Assembly: GCA_965200245.1 (NCBI GenBank)
Contig: CBDATS010000004.1
Location: forward strand, 288,001 to 352,000
Direction of reading: 5' to 3'
Source: a bacterium
Lineage (GTDB): Bacteria; UBA8248
Length of the DNA: 64,000 bases
The notes below the pieces were generated by a model. It saw only the letters and a list, made by a program, of their open reading frames with translations. It had not been told where the DNA came from and did not search any database. This document shows, in pieces, positions 10,053 through 20,840 of this stretch; within the stretch, counting starts at the first letter, position 1, and each line of letters begins with the position of its first letter. The position numbers and the translations under genes are program-made.

Positions 10053-11210
10053 TCACGCCCTCATCTCTACCCAACCGCGTGCCTGTGCACTTTGAAGACA
10101 GATTTCGGCAAGCTGAACGTCGCGTAATCCGGCAGAAAGATCGGCATAGAAAGGCTCATCGCCCGCCACGTGACGGATGAAGCGCTCCCAGCCGTGGCGG
10201 TAGGGGTTCTTGTAGGTATCCGTGTCGGGTTCTTCTTGCCAGTTTTCACGGTAATCCACTGAGACATCCATGGTGTCCGCGTCGCGGCCCATCAGGAAAC
10301 CGCGCACCAAAGGCGTAGTGCCCGCTGCCTGCTTCCAGCATTTTCTTAATCCCGCCACCGCGGAGCCACCGGTTCCATCTATCTGGAAGGTCACCAGGTC
10401 CTCGCGCCTGACCCTTGTGGACCACGAACTCAGAATAGCACCGCGCGCCCCGCTTTCGAGTTCTAGCAGAGTGTGCGCGTTATCCTCTACGTCGACGCGG
10501 AAGCACTCCCCCCCTTCATCGGCGCGCTCGGTCTGTCCCGTCCAAGAGAGCACCGCCACGCGCGCAATCGGCCCGAGAACCCCCTCGACAACGTAACGCC
10601 AGTGCGGGTGCATGTCCGATACGAGGCCTCCGCCGCCCGCCTTTCGATAGTTCCAGCTCGGACGCTGGCATTCCGCCTCAATGCCGTCGAACACCCACCA
10701 GCCGAATTGAATCTGAAAACCGATGATCCGGCCCAGAAAACCACTCTCTACCACCCGCCTGAGTTTCAGAAACCCAGGCAGGAAGAGCTTGTCTTCCACT
10801 GCGCCGTGCTTGAGTCCCTTGGCTTGCGCCGCACGCAAAAGCTCCATTCCCTCCTGAACGCCGGGCGCGACGGGCTTTTCAGCATAGATGTGTTTCCCTG
10901 CGTCAATGGCTTGCTTAAGGACTTCCACCCGCAAATGTGTGGACGCGGCATCGAAGAAGACGGGATAGGCCGCGTTTCCGAGGGCCGCCCCCAGGTCCGT
11001 CGTCCAAGCAAGGCCGCCGTGTTCGGCCGCCAGCCTCGCTAGACGATCTTCATTCCTGCCAACAAGCAATAGCTTCGGCAGGATTCTCTCACCGCCAACT
11101 TCGAGGCCGCCCTCATGGATAATGGGCATGAGAGAGTTTCTTAGATGCTGGAAGGAGCAGATGCCGCCCGTCGCCCCGTGCAGAATGATTCCCAACTCCC
11201 GTGTCGCCAT
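10053..11210 (-). CDS. Gfo/Idh/MocA-family oxidoreductase
   Basis: HGATGGI, GKHIYAEKP, DKLFLPG, GGG..DMHPHW. Confidence 0.9.
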   Translation of the reverse strand: MATRELGIILHGATGGICSFQHLRNSLMPIIHEGGLEVGGERILPKLLLVGRNEDRLARLAAEHGGLAWTTDLGAALGNAAYPVFFDAASTHLRVEVLKQAIDAGKHIYAEKPVAPGVQEGMELLRAAQAKGLKHGAVEDKLFLPGFLKLRRVVESGFLGRIIGFQIQFGWWVFDGIEAECQRPSWNYRKAGGGGLVSDMHPHWRYVVEGVLGPIARVAVLSWTGQTERADEGGECFRVDVEDNAHTLLELESGARGAILSSWSTRVRREDLVTFQIDGTGGSAVAGLRKCWKQAAGTTPLVRGFLMGRDADTMDVSVDYRENWQEEPDTDTYKNPYRHGWERFIRHVAGDEPFYADLSAGLRDVQLAEICLQSAQARGWVEMRA

Positions 11211-11249
11211 GTGTCAGCCCTGATCCACGCTCAAGATTTCTGAAATCTC

Positions 11250-12395
11250 CTACCCCTCGAGGCCCGCCATCAACTCCGCAGGATCGATTGGCAGTTTCAA
11301 CTCCTCACCACGCTTGGCCGAGAGGTCCATAGCCATGGTGAGTACCAAGTTGCGGTGCCCATCGGCGGCAGTCGCATGGGGAGTGCGTTTGCCCGAATAA
11401 ATCCGCTGGAACCAGGAGTTCGTCTCCTCGCGCATCGGCCCCCAGAGTTCTCCGTCATACATGTCTCCCGGGGGGAAACTTGTCAGGAAATCGACGTTGC
11501 GCCGCGCTTCCAAGTCGAAATCTTCAGGGTTGTATGCGGGTCCCTGCGAAAACTCAGACGCCATCACTACGTCGCGGTGCGTATCCTCGATGTCCACCAC
11601 CCCTTTCGTACCCACAATGCCAATTTCGAGTCCATACACTGCGCCAGGCCACTCTTTGGGCAGTGCCCAGCATATATTCATACTCCAGATAGCGCCGCTG
11701 TCCATCGTGAAAACCCCGAAGGTGGCGTCCTTCGTACCGAGTTCACTCAAAATCCCCTCGGTCGAGCGCGCAAAAATGGAAACCGGCTTGGCATCGCCCA
11801 TCAGCCACAGGCACATATCCAGACTGTGAGTGCCGGAGACGACCATGGGCGTCAGGAACCGGCGGTCTTGAGAGAGCCTCACCTCTCCGGTCGGCGCCAT
11901 ACGGTTCATGAAAGCACGCGTAACCGCCGCCGTGACGTCGCCTATCTGGCCATTCTCGACTCGATCCTTCACAGCGAGAAAACGCCTGCGAAACCGCTGT
12001 GTATAGCCCACAACGGCGTCCACGCCGGCCGATTCTATCGCCGCGAGCACAGAGGCCGACTCGCGCGCATCTGTGGCGAGTGGTTTTTCTATCAGCATGG
12101 GAAGGCCGCGCTCCGCCGCGGCGAGCGTGGGTTCTACATGCGCCCAGGTCGAGGTAGCGATGATTGCCGCATCCACCTCGGGCCGAGTGATGAGTTCGTG
12201 AAAATCGGTTGTGAAAAAATCGGCCTTGATGTCTTCCTTGAGTTTCTGCCCCACTCTCTCGTTCATATCGGAGAGGCCAATCCACCCGATTCCGGGAAAA
12301 TCATTCGCCAGCGTACCTCGCATGCGTCCTACGACCCCGCAGCCGACGATAGCCAACCCCAGTTCTTTTTTCTCCGCCATCCTTCTTCCTTTCAT
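11250..12395 (-). CDS. Gfo/Idh/MocA-family oxidoreductase
   Basis: GLAIVGCGVVG, LIEKPLA, VGYTQRFR, GTHSLD. Confidence 0.9.
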   Translation of the reverse strand: MKGRRMAEKKELGLAIVGCGVVGRMRGTLANDFPGIGWIGLSDMNERVGQKLKEDIKADFFTTDFHELITRPEVDAAIIATSTWAHVEPTLAAAERGLPMLIEKPLATDARESASVLAAIESAGVDAVVGYTQRFRRRFLAVKDRVENGQIGDVTAAVTRAFMNRMAPTGEVRLSQDRRFLTPMVVSGTHSLDMCLWLMGDAKPVSIFARSTEGILSELGTKDATFGVFTMDSGAIWSMNICWALPKEWPGAVYGLEIGIVGTKGVVDIEDTHRDVVMASEFSQGPAYNPEDFDLEARRNVDFLTSFPPGDMYDGELWGPMREETNSWFQRIYSGKRTPHATAADGHRNLVLTMAMDLSAKRGEELKLPIDPAELMAGLEG

Positions 12396-12441
12396 GATTG
12401 AACGATTCGTCTCCTGGACTTCGTGTACATAGCAAGCAAGG

Positions 12442-12472
12442 AAAAAGCCGCGGAGAGCCCGCGGCCGTTTTT
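12442..12472 (-). terminator. Intrinsic terminator downstream of the tRNA
   Basis: GCCGCGG-loop-CCGCGGC stem flanked by A and T tracts. Confidence 0.65.
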
Positions 12473-12476
12473 CTCA

Positions 12477-12553
<77 letters not shown>

Positions 12554-12560
12554 TCAATAT

Positions 12561-12593
12561 ATTTTATCTACTCCGGTGTGGACGTTCTGTCAA
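12561..12593 (-). promoter_or_regulatory. Putative sigma70 promoter of the tRNA
   Basis: Perfect TTGACA followed 17-21 nt later by TAGATAAAAT just upstream of the tRNA. Confidence 0.45.
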
Positions 12594-12743
12594 GGAGAGG
12601 GAGAATTCCGGGTAGTGTCTTATTTTGAAATTTTCTTGTGTTTCCCGCGCCTTTCAGGCTTCGGCTCGCAGGTTTTCAATCCATTCCATACCGCGAAGTC
12701 TGGTATCGATTCCAGCGGACTTGCGAGGCGTCATTATGCCGCC

Positions 12744-12899
12744 TTATGGGGCAAGATTTCTTGCCCTTATGTAGACGCCCTTGCGGGCATTTACCTGGCC
12801 TTCCGTTTGAATTTCCAATACTTCACCTGTTGCAATCCGGGCAACACGAACGGCACACCCGATAACATCTCCGGGTCTTTTCTCTCCCCGTGGGCCAAT
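12744..12899 (-). pseudogene. Remnant of a small basic protein of the GPxGxKRPxDVIG..ARIATGE type
   Basis: GPRGEKRPGDVIGCAVRVARIATGE with no start codon and an early TAA. Confidence 0.5.
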
Positions 12900-12900
12900 A

Positions 12901-13149
12901 TTATCCTCCCGTTCGCTCAATCAAGGCCCGAAGGGCAACCATAGACTCCTCGTGCTTTTTCATGAATTCCTCATGTCTCTTGGCGGAAGCATCCATGTAT
13001 TCCTCATGTCTTCTGATGGACCCTTCTGCCTGACGAGCAGACAGTTCTGCCCTTTTTTTACCCTCACTTTTCATGACGGAAATCCCGTGCCATATACCGA
13101 TAGCCACAATATACGACGGGATCAGGCTTAGAATCTGAAACCAATCCAT
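12901..13149 (-). CDS. Small membrane-anchored coiled-coil hypothetical protein
   Basis: N-terminal hydrophobic helix, three (R/K)HEE repeats, purine-rich sequence upstream. Confidence 0.6.
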   Translation of the reverse strand: MDWFQILSLIPSYIVAIGIWHGISVMKSEGKKRAELSARQAEGSIRRHEEYMDASAKRHEEFMKKHEESMVALRALIERTGG

Positions 13150-13317
13150 TTTGGATTCTTCCTATTCATGATTATTATATTTACGCAAAAAACATACAGA
13201 CAGTTTGACAGGAAAACAAGCATAATCAACTTTGGAATTTTTCAGAATGAGACGCTTCCGGATTTCGGAGGATGCAGCGGAAAGCATACTTCTTATCCAG
13301 AAAACGAAACCCGGGAT

Positions 13318-13650
13318 TCATTTTTTCGACGGAATGAACTCGTAGACGACTTCCCCTTTCTTGACCAGTCCCAGGTCTTCACGCGCAATTTCCTCGATCG
13401 CCCGCTCGTCGGAACGCAAGGATCGAATCTCCGAACGCAATTTCTTGTTTTTCGTCTTGATTTCCGATATCTCTTTTTTGAGTTCGGAAACGCGCTCCTT
13501 GTTCACGATGACGGCAAGGTACCCGTCTCGGCCCAACAATGCGGAACCGAGCAGCAAGACGATGACACCCGCGCACATCCAGAAGAATAGTCTGGCTTTG
13601 GGAGATTGGCCCCTGGTGGATGATGGTCCTGCTTTTCGCATCGTGCCCAT
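13318..13650 (-). CDS. ftsB: Septum formation initiator FtsB/DivIC
   Basis: TM helix, coiled coil, IEEIAREDLGLVKKGE. Confidence 0.85.
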   Translation of the reverse strand: MGTMRKAGPSSTRGQSPKARLFFWMCAGVIVLLLGSALLGRDGYLAVIVNKERVSELKKEISEIKTKNKKLRSEIRSLRSDERAIEEIAREDLGLVKKGEVVYEFIPSKK

Positions 13651-13676
13651 GCTCCGAGGCGCGCAAGCATAACCTG

Positions 13677-14960
13677 CTACAGTTCGGCGAACGACTCTCG
13701 CGCGGCGGCCAGCGTGGTCTCCACGCTCTCATCCGTATGGGCGGAAGACATAAACCCCACTTCGAACTGACTCGGGGCGAATGCCACACCCCATTTTAAC
13801 ATAGAATGAAAAAAATTGGCATAGCGCATCGTATCGGAACGCAAGGCGTCTGTGAAATTTCGGACGGGGCCTTCCTGAAAAAACGCGCCGAACATCGACC
13901 CGCACCGAGCGCCGGTAAGCGGAACACCCGCCGCGTGCGCCGCACTTGCAAGGCCGTCCGAGAGCGCCTCGACCTTCATTTCGAGCGCTTCGGGCAGACC
14001 GTGTTCCTCCATGATTCTGAGCGTCTCAATCCCGGCCGTCATGGCCAAGGGATTCCCGGAAAGCGTGCCCGCTTGATAGACCGAGCCAAGAGGAGCGACG
14101 CATTCCATCACGTCGCGTCTGCCCCCGTAAGCGCCCACCGGCATGCCCCCGCCGATCACCTTTCCGAGAGTCGTCAAATCAGGGTTGATTCCAAAAAGGG
14201 CCTGCGCACCTCCTCTGGCAACCCGAAATCCCGTCATCACCTCGTCGAAAATCAACAAGGCACCAGCTTTTTCGGTTTCCTCCCGCAAGACCTTCAGGAA
14301 CCCGGCCTCGGGCAGTATCAGCCCCATGTTGCCGGCGACGGGTTCGACGATGAGAGCGGCCACGTCTGCGCCACATGCTGCGAAGAAATTTCTGACCGCT
14401 TCCGCGTCGTTGAAAGGGAGCGTCGCCGTGTTTCTCGCGTACTCCTCCGGAACGCCTCCGCTATCTGGCACGCCGAGAGTTGCGCCGCCGCTGCCTGCCT
14501 TGACGAGCAGCCCGTCGGCGTGGCCGTGGTAGCAGCCCTCGAACTTGACGATCACGTCGCGGCCCGTGAAACCGCGCGCGAGGCGGATGGCCGACATCGT
14601 CGCCTCCGTGCCTGAGTTCACGAAGCGCAGCAACTCCATGGAAGGGTATGCCGCGTTCACCAGGTCCGCCAATTCGGTCTCAAGGGCGGTGGGCGTGCCG
14701 AAACTCGTGCCGCGCGCTGCCGCCTCTTGAATGGCGCGCACTACGCGCGGATGGGCATGGCCCAGAATCAGCGGTCCCCAAGAGAGCACGTAGTCGATGT
14801 AGGCGTTGCCGTCAGCGTCCCAGATTCGGTCGCCTTCGCCCTTCTCGACGAAGAAGGGCACATCGCCGACACTTCGGAATGCGCGGACAGGGGAATCTAC
14901 GCCTCCGGGAATGCGTTTCTGCGCAAGCGCAAAGAGCACCTCGGATTTGGGCCGGTTCAC
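13677..14960 (-). CDS. hemL: Glutamate-1-semialdehyde 2,1-aminomutase
   Basis: [46 protein letters not shown]; GTG start overlaps the mtnP stop. Confidence 0.96.
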   Translation of the reverse strand: MNRPKSEVLFALAQKRIPGGVDSPVRAFRSVGDVPFFVEKGEGDRIWDADGNAYIDYVLSWGPLILGHAHPRVVRAIQEAAARGTSFGTPTALETELADLVNAAYPSMELLRFVNSGTEATMSAIRLARGFTGRDVIVKFEGCYHGHADGLLVKAGSGGATLGVPDSGGVPEEYARNTATLPFNDAEAVRNFFAACGADVAALIVEPVAGNMGLILPEAGFLKVLREETEKAGALLIFDEVMTGFRVARGGAQALFGINPDLTTLGKVIGGGMPVGAYGGRRDVMECVAPLGSVYQAGTLSGNPLAMTAGIETLRIMEEHGLPEALEMKVEALSDGLASAAHAAGVPLTGARCGSMFGAFFQEGPVRNFTDALRSDTMRYANFFHSMLKWGVAFAPSQFEVGFMSSAHTDESVETTLAAARESFAEL

Positions 14961-15820
14961 GAGATATATTTCCCGATCAGTTGATGCAGGCGTTCTTTCG
15001 TCTTCTGCGGGACACGGTCTGGATCGGACATAAGTGTCGTCGCCAGGGAACCAGCGCAAGGACTGTCGCCATCGACTTCAGGCGCGGCTTCCATGATTAT
15101 CTTCTGCGCGAGCACCGCGTTGCTCCTGACCCGAGCGATCACGGCCTCCACGCTTACCGCCTCTTCCTCCTCGTGCCAGCAATCATAATCCGTCGCCAGC
15201 GCGATGGTGGCGTAGCTCATCTCCGCCTCGCGCGCGAGCTTGGCCTCGGGCATGTTCGTCATCCCGATGATAGAAGCGCCCCAGGCGCGGTAGCGGAAAC
15301 TCTCCGCCCGGCTGCTGAACTGGGGACCCTCCATGCACACGTACGTTCCGCCCGCGTGCGTCGTTGCGCCCGCCCGAACGGCCGCGCCCATCAGTATCTC
15401 GCTCAGCACCCCGCATACGGGATCCGCCATCGAAACGTGGGCGACGATGCCGTCGCCGAAAAACGTGCTTACTCGCATCTTGGTGAGGTCGATGAACTGG
15501 TCGGGAACCACGATGTGACCCGGATGAATCTCTTCTTTCAGACTGCCAACCGCGCTGACGGATATGAGCCACTCCACACCCAACTGCTTGAATCCGTGGA
15601 TGTTGGCGCGGTAGGGAATTTCATGAGGCAAAAAAACATGCCCGATTCCGTGCCGGGGCAAAAACGCGAGCCGCTTGCCGGAAAGCGTTCCCAAAACGTA
15701 GGGGGCCGAAGGCGCGCCGTAGGGCGTGTCGAGCGCACGTTCTTCCACATCGTCTAGTTCCGCCATCTCGTAGAGGCCACTGCCTCCGATTACTCCGATT
15801 TTCGCTTCAGTCATACGCAC
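14957..15820 (-). CDS. mtnP: S-methyl-5'-thioadenosine phosphorylase
   Basis: [42 protein letters not shown]. Confidence 0.94.
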   Translation of the reverse strand: MRMTEAKIGVIGGSGLYEMAELDDVEERALDTPYGAPSAPYVLGTLSGKRLAFLPRHGIGHVFLPHEIPYRANIHGFKQLGVEWLISVSAVGSLKEEIHPGHIVVPDQFIDLTKMRVSTFFGDGIVAHVSMADPVCGVLSEILMGAAVRAGATTHAGGTYVCMEGPQFSSRAESFRYRAWGASIIGMTNMPEAKLAREAEMSYATIALATDYDCWHEEEEAVSVEAVIARVRSNAVLAQKIIMEAAPEVDGDSPCAGSLATTLMSDPDRVPQKTKERLHQLIGKYIS

Positions 15821-15844
15821 ACTCTCCTTCCATCGCTATTTCAC

Positions 15845-16846
15845 CTAGGCCGCCCGAAGCATTCCCTTCTCAATCAGTATCTCGGCGATTTGCACCGCGT
15901 TCAACGCGGCGCCTTTCCTGAGGTTATCCGCCACCACCCACAGATTGAGGGTATTTTCCCGGGAATCATCACGGCGGATGCGGCCAACATATACCGGGTC
16001 TTCCCCGTCCGCATCCTTCGGCATAGGATAGGAAAATGACTCTACGTCATCCACTACCTCAACGCCCGGCGCGTGCGAGAGCAGTTTCCGTGCCTCATCG
16101 GGCGAAATGAACTCCTCGAACTCCACGTTCACCGATTCTGAATGCGCGTTGAAAACGGCAACCCGCACGCAGGTGGCGCTGACGGCAAGATGAGGCGCTC
16201 CCATGATCTTTCGCGTCTCATCGACCATCTTCTGCTCTTCTTTCGTTTGCCCGCCATCCAGAAAAACGTCGATGTGGGGCAGACAGTTGAATGCGATCTC
16301 ATGTGGCATCTTCCCGGGAACAGACGCATCCCCCTTGATTTGCGCCCGCATCTCGTCTATCGCGGCCTGCCCCGCCCCGCTCACCGCCTGATAGGTGCTC
16401 ACCACGACTCGCCTGATGCGGGCGGCGTCGTGAAGGGGTTTGAGCGCCACCACAAGCTGAATGGTGGAGCAGTTCGGGTTCGCAATGACTCCCTGGTGCG
16501 CCTCCAGCGCATCCGGGTTCACCTCCGGCACGACGAGAGGCACTCTCTCATCCATTCGGAAGGCGCTGGAATTATCCACCACTACCGCGCCGGACTTGAC
16601 GGCGACGGGCGCAAACTCCAAAGAGCGCGAAGCGCCGCAGGAGAACAGCGCGAGGTCTGCGCCAAAGAACGCATCCTCAGTCAGTTGGCTTACCGTGAGT
16701 TCGTCGTCTCGAAAGGGGATTTTCCGCCCCACACTGCGCTCGCTCGCGAGCAAGACGACCTCATCAGCGGGAAAATTCCGCTCCTCAAGAATCTTGAGCA
16801 TCTCCCGTCCCACAGCGCCGGTGGCGCCTGCGATGGCAACGCGCAT
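15845..16846 (-). CDS. asd: Aspartate-semialdehyde dehydrogenase
   Basis: GATGAVG, DNSSAFRM, ANPNCST, YQAVSGAG, DNLRKGAA. Confidence 0.96.
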   Translation of the reverse strand: MRVAIAGATGAVGREMLKILEERNFPADEVVLLASERSVGRKIPFRDDELTVSQLTEDAFFGADLALFSCGASRSLEFAPVAVKSGAVVVDNSSAFRMDERVPLVVPEVNPDALEAHQGVIANPNCSTIQLVVALKPLHDAARIRRVVVSTYQAVSGAGQAAIDEMRAQIKGDASVPGKMPHEIAFNCLPHIDVFLDGGQTKEEQKMVDETRKIMGAPHLAVSATCVRVAVFNAHSESVNVEFEEFISPDEARKLLSHAPGVEVVDDVESFSYPMPKDADGEDPVYVGRIRRDDSRENTLNLWVVADNLRKGAALNAVQIAEILIEKGMLRAA

Positions 16847-17940
16847 CACGAGTCGCCTCCCGCCAGAGCAGCAATTCGCGTGCCCATTTCGGCGCAACCC
16901 ACCGCCACAGTGCCCAGCGTATGAATGTCGGACGTTCTAAAACCCTCATCCAGCGTAGCGAAGACAGCCGCCTCTATGGCTTCCGCCACGTCCACGCGCT
17001 TTAACGAGTAGCGGCATAGCATGGCCGCCGACATGATGGCCGCAATCGGATTTGCCTTGTCCTGGCCGGTAATGTCGGGTGCGGTGCCGTGCACAGGCTC
17101 GTACAAGCCGAAACCGGTCTCGTTCAGGTTTGCCGAAGCGAGCATACCAATGGAACCCGTGAGCATGGAGGCGCAATCACTCAGGATATCGCCGAACATG
17201 TTGCCGGTAACGATAACGTCGAATTGCAGCGGATCACGAACCAGCTGCATCGCTGCGTTATCGACATACATGTGACTGGTCTCGATTTCGGGGAATTCTT
17301 CAGCGACTTCTCCCGCGACCCTGCGCCACAGGCGGCTGTTGTCGAGTACGTTCTCCTTGTCCACAGAGCAGAGTTTTTTCCCGCGCACGGAAGCCAACTC
17401 GAACGCGAGACGAACGATCTGGCGTATCTCGCCAGTGGTGTAGGTCATCGTGTCGACTGCCTTTTCCTCATCGGCAGAGATCCGCTCGATGCCCCTGGGC
17501 TGGCCGAAATAAATTCCGCTCACGCCCTCACGCACGACGAGGAGGTCTAGTCCGCGCACGACTTCCGGCTTCAGGGATGAGGCTTCCAACAGAGGATTGA
17601 ACATGACGGCAGGCCTTAAATTGGCGAAGAGGTTCAACTCCTTGCGCAAGCCCAGGATGGCCTGTTCGGGACGTTTCTCACGAGGCAGTGCATCCCACAC
17701 CGGGCCTCCCACGGCGCCGAACAACCCGGCGTCGCTGCGCTTGCAAAGTGAGATGGTTTCATCGGGCAATGGTTCGCCCGTTGCGTCATAGGCCGAGCCA
17801 CCGCAAAGTCCTTCCTCGAACTCGAAAACCACGCCGTAGCGAGCGCCCGCAACCTCCAGCACCGAGCGAGCCTGCGCCACCACCTCCTGGCCGATGCCGT
17901 CGCCCGGCAAAACGGCTATCCGATAACTGCTCACCGACAA
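16846..17940 (-). CDS. leuB: 3-isopropylmalate dehydrogenase
   Basis: LPGDGIG, ANLRP, NMFGDILSD, EPVHGTAPDI. Confidence 0.96.
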   Translation of the reverse strand: MSVSSYRIAVLPGDGIGQEVVAQARSVLEVAGARYGVVFEFEEGLCGGSAYDATGEPLPDETISLCKRSDAGLFGAVGGPVWDALPREKRPEQAILGLRKELNLFANLRPAVMFNPLLEASSLKPEVVRGLDLLVVREGVSGIYFGQPRGIERISADEEKAVDTMTYTTGEIRQIVRLAFELASVRGKKLCSVDKENVLDNSRLWRRVAGEVAEEFPEIETSHMYVDNAAMQLVRDPLQFDVIVTGNMFGDILSDCASMLTGSIGMLASANLNETGFGLYEPVHGTAPDITGQDKANPIAAIMSAAMLCRYSLKRVDVAEAIEAAVFATLDEGFRTSDIHTLGTVAVGCAEMGTRIAALAGGDS

Positions 17941-17948
17941 ATCCCCTT

Positions 17949-18557
17949 CTATTGCACTTCGCTATCAAAATTCGTGACATAGGGCAGGCGCTGCGCCACT
18001 TTCCCGGCCTGGGGTAGATTGCCTCGCAAATTGGCGAGCATGTCCCAGGTGCCCGCCAGAAAGGCAGCCTTGCGCGTCTCCTGGATTCCGATGGATATGA
18101 CGCGGTCGCCGTAACTGATCGTCGCATTCCCGATGTCTACGGTGAAGCGCGTCTCCGGTTCATCCTGGGCCAGTCGAGTCAGTTCATTCACGTCCTCCGC
18201 CGACGCCGTGCCGAGCGGTACGCCGATGGCGAAACAGTTACCCGCAAAAATCTCGGCGAACGACACCCCGATGAGTACGTCGATCCCGAAACGCTTGAGC
18301 GCCTGGGGAGCGTGCTCGCGCGAGGAGCCCGAACCGAAGTTCTTGCCCACGAACATCATGTTCGCCCCTTTGTGGGCGGGGTTGTCGACGGGGTGATCGG
18401 GCGTGTTCTCGCGCTCATCGCAGAACAGCGCCTTCTCGATGCCCTCGAAGGTGATGGACTTGAGAAAGCGGGCCGGTGTAATCCTGTCCGTATCAATGTC
18501 GTCGCGCGGCATGGGAATGGCCTTGCCGACGATTTTTTCGATTCTTTTCGTGCTCAT
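17949..18557 (-). CDS. leuD: 3-isopropylmalate dehydratase small subunit
   Basis: DIDTDRITPARFL, NFGSGSSREHAP, SFAEIF. Confidence 0.95.
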   Translation of the reverse strand: MSTKRIEKIVGKAIPMPRDDIDTDRITPARFLKSITFEGIEKALFCDERENTPDHPVDNPAHKGANMMFVGKNFGSGSSREHAPQALKRFGIDVLIGVSFAEIFAGNCFAIGVPLGTASAEDVNELTRLAQDEPETRFTVDIGNATISYGDRVISIGIQETRKAAFLAGTWDMLANLRGNLPQAGKVAQRLPYVTNFDSEVQ

Positions 18558-19966
18558 ACTTTTTCTCCCATCTCTCTGGGGTCGGCGATACAGCCCGCAA
18601 TCGCCGAGGAGACGACGACGGACGGGCTGCCCAGGTGGGTCCTTCCGCGTGGGCTGCCCTGACGCCCGATGAAATTTCGATTCGAGGTGGAGATGCTCCT
18701 CTCCGCACCCACGAGCTTGTCCGGGTTCATGCCGAGACACATGGAACACCCCGCTTCGCGCCACTCGGCACCTGCTTCGGTGAAAATTTCGTGCAACCCC
18801 TCTTCTTCGGCCTGCTGCTTCACCTGCTGGGAGCCGGGCACCACCAGCATCCTGACACCCGGGTGCACCTTGTTGCCCTTCATCAGACGCGCGCCTTCAC
18901 GCAAGTCGGAGATTCTCGAATTCGTGCACGAGCCCAGGAATGCGACGTCGACCCTCGTACCCAGAATCGAATCACCAGGCCTCAAGTCCATGAAATCATA
19001 GCCTTGTTCCGCTGTCTTCCTGTCCTCGCCTGCGAAGCTGTTCACATCGGGAAGCGGCTGTGAAATCCCGACCGATTGCCCGGGATTGATACCCCATGTA
19101 ACCATTGGCTCGATAGATTCGCCCGCAATCTCGTAGATGTCGTCATACTCCGCCTCATCGCCCGAGGCGATTTCGCGCCAGTACGCTACGCCCCGTTCCC
19201 AGGCATCTCCCTCGGGGCTGAATTCGCGGCCCTCGAGATAATCGAATGTCGTCTGGTCCGGGTTCACGTAACCGATGCGGGCTCCGCCCTCGATGCTCAT
19301 GTTGCAAACCGTCATGCGTCCTTCCATCGACATGGCGTCGAAAACATCGCCGCCGTATTCGTAGGCGAATCCCAGGCCACCCTTGATACCCAGATCGTGA
19401 ATGACGCGCAACGTAACGTCCTTGGGCGTCACACCGGAGTTGAGAACACCTGTCACCTCGATTCGCTTCACCTTCAGGCGGTTCAACCCCAAGGACTGCG
19501 TCGCCAGCACGTGGCCCACCTCGGTCGTACCGATGCCAAACCCCAGAGAACCCATCGCACCGTGTGTACTTGTGTGGCTGTCGCCACAGGCGATGGTCAT
19601 TCCGGGCTGGCTGAGTCCCAACTCCGGCCCGATCACATGAACGATGCCCTGTTTGCCGGACCCCAGGTGCAGAAAGCGAACGCCGAACTCGTTCACGTTC
19701 TGCTCCAGAGCGGCCATCATCTTCTCGGCCTGCTCATCCTCGTAGGGCCTGATCTGGCTCAGTGTAGGGATGATGTGATCCACCGTCCCTATCGTGCGAT
19801 CGGGAAAAGCGACGCCCGCACCGATTTCCTTGAGCACCGCGAACGCCTGGGGCGTCGTAACCTCATGGATAAGGTGCAGGCCGATGAAAATCTGGTCCTG
19901 CCCCGAATCGAGCTTCGCCACGGTATGGGAATCCCAAACCTTATCGTAGAGCGTGTTTTTCGACAT
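18554..19966 (-). CDS. leuC: 3-isopropylmalate dehydratase large subunit
   Basis: HEVTTPQAF, CGDSHTSTHG, GSCTNSR, CSMCLGMN, TSNRNF. Confidence 0.96.
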   Translation of the reverse strand: MSKNTLYDKVWDSHTVAKLDSGQDQIFIGLHLIHEVTTPQAFAVLKEIGAGVAFPDRTIGTVDHIIPTLSQIRPYEDEQAEKMMAALEQNVNEFGVRFLHLGSGKQGIVHVIGPELGLSQPGMTIACGDSHTSTHGAMGSLGFGIGTTEVGHVLATQSLGLNRLKVKRIEVTGVLNSGVTPKDVTLRVIHDLGIKGGLGFAYEYGGDVFDAMSMEGRMTVCNMSIEGGARIGYVNPDQTTFDYLEGREFSPEGDAWERGVAYWREIASGDEAEYDDIYEIAGESIEPMVTWGINPGQSVGISQPLPDVNSFAGEDRKTAEQGYDFMDLRPGDSILGTRVDVAFLGSCTNSRISDLREGARLMKGNKVHPGVRMLVVPGSQQVKQQAEEEGLHEIFTEAGAEWREAGCSMCLGMNPDKLVGAERSISTSNRNFIGRQGSPRGRTHLGSPSVVVSSAIAGCIADPREMGEKV

Positions 19967-20021
19967 GGTATTACCCTCGAAGTAATCTACAGATTCTTGC
20001 GCATCATGTGGAAATTGTTCG

Positions 20022-20840
20022 TCAGGAAACCGCCTTCGAGCGATCGAGACCTTCCCGCAAGGATGCAATGTAATCACGCGCCGCTCGCATTTTGCTCTCT
20101 CGCGACACCTCCGCTTCCATTACGTCGATAAGCGCGCTGCCAACGATGACGCCCTCGGCGTGCCTGGCCACCTCCACAGCCTGTTCGGGTGTCTTGATGC
20201 CAAACCCCACGAGGACGGGGCGGTTCTTTACGCGGTTGATGCGAGCCAATGTAGCACCCAAATCGGTATCCAGCGCGTCACGCGCGCCTGTGACTCCCAT
20301 CTGCCCCACATAGTAGATGAAACCGCCGCCCGCATCGTTCACCAGTTCGATGCGCTCCTGCGTGCTCGTGGGCGCGAGCATGAAGACGGGTTCGAGCGGA
20401 TAATCGTTCATGATGTCGAGAAGAGCGTCCGCTTCTTCGGGTGGAAGATCCGGTACGATAACGGCGTCGGCCCCCACCTGCGATGCACCGCGCACGAATT
20501 CCGCAAGGCCCATGGCGATGATGGGGTTGAAATACGTCATCAGGACAAGGGGCGTATCAGGTATATCCGCCCGGACTTCGCCCACCATCTCCAGCACGTC
20601 GCTCAGGCGCGTTCCAACCGCCAGCGAGCGCATGCTCGAACGCTGGATGGTGGGACCGTCCGCCAGGGGGTCGCTAAAGGGAACCCCCACCTCGAAGCCG
20701 TCCGCCCCCGCTTCGGCCATGAGGGGCAGGAGTTCGCGGGTGAAGTCCAGGTCCGGATCACCCGCCGTGACGAAGGGGAACAGGCCTGTCTGGCCCTGCG
20801 CGCGCAAACGCTCGAAACACGCCTCCAGCCTGCCTCCCAT
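20022..20840 (-). CDS. trpA: Tryptophan synthase alpha chain
   Basis: TAGDP, EVGVPFSDPLADGPTIQ, PDLPPEE, GVTG, VGFGI, VGSA. Confidence 0.96.
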   Translation of the reverse strand: MGGRLEACFERLRAQGQTGLFPFVTAGDPDLDFTRELLPLMAEAGADGFEVGVPFSDPLADGPTIQRSSMRSLAVGTRLSDVLEMVGEVRADIPDTPLVLMTYFNPIIAMGLAEFVRGASQVGADAVIVPDLPPEEADALLDIMNDYPLEPVFMLAPTSTQERIELVNDAGGGFIYYVGQMGVTGARDALDTDLGATLARINRVKNRPVLVGFGIKTPEQAVEVARHAEGVIVGSALIDVMEAEVSRESKMRAARDYIASLREGLDRSKAVS

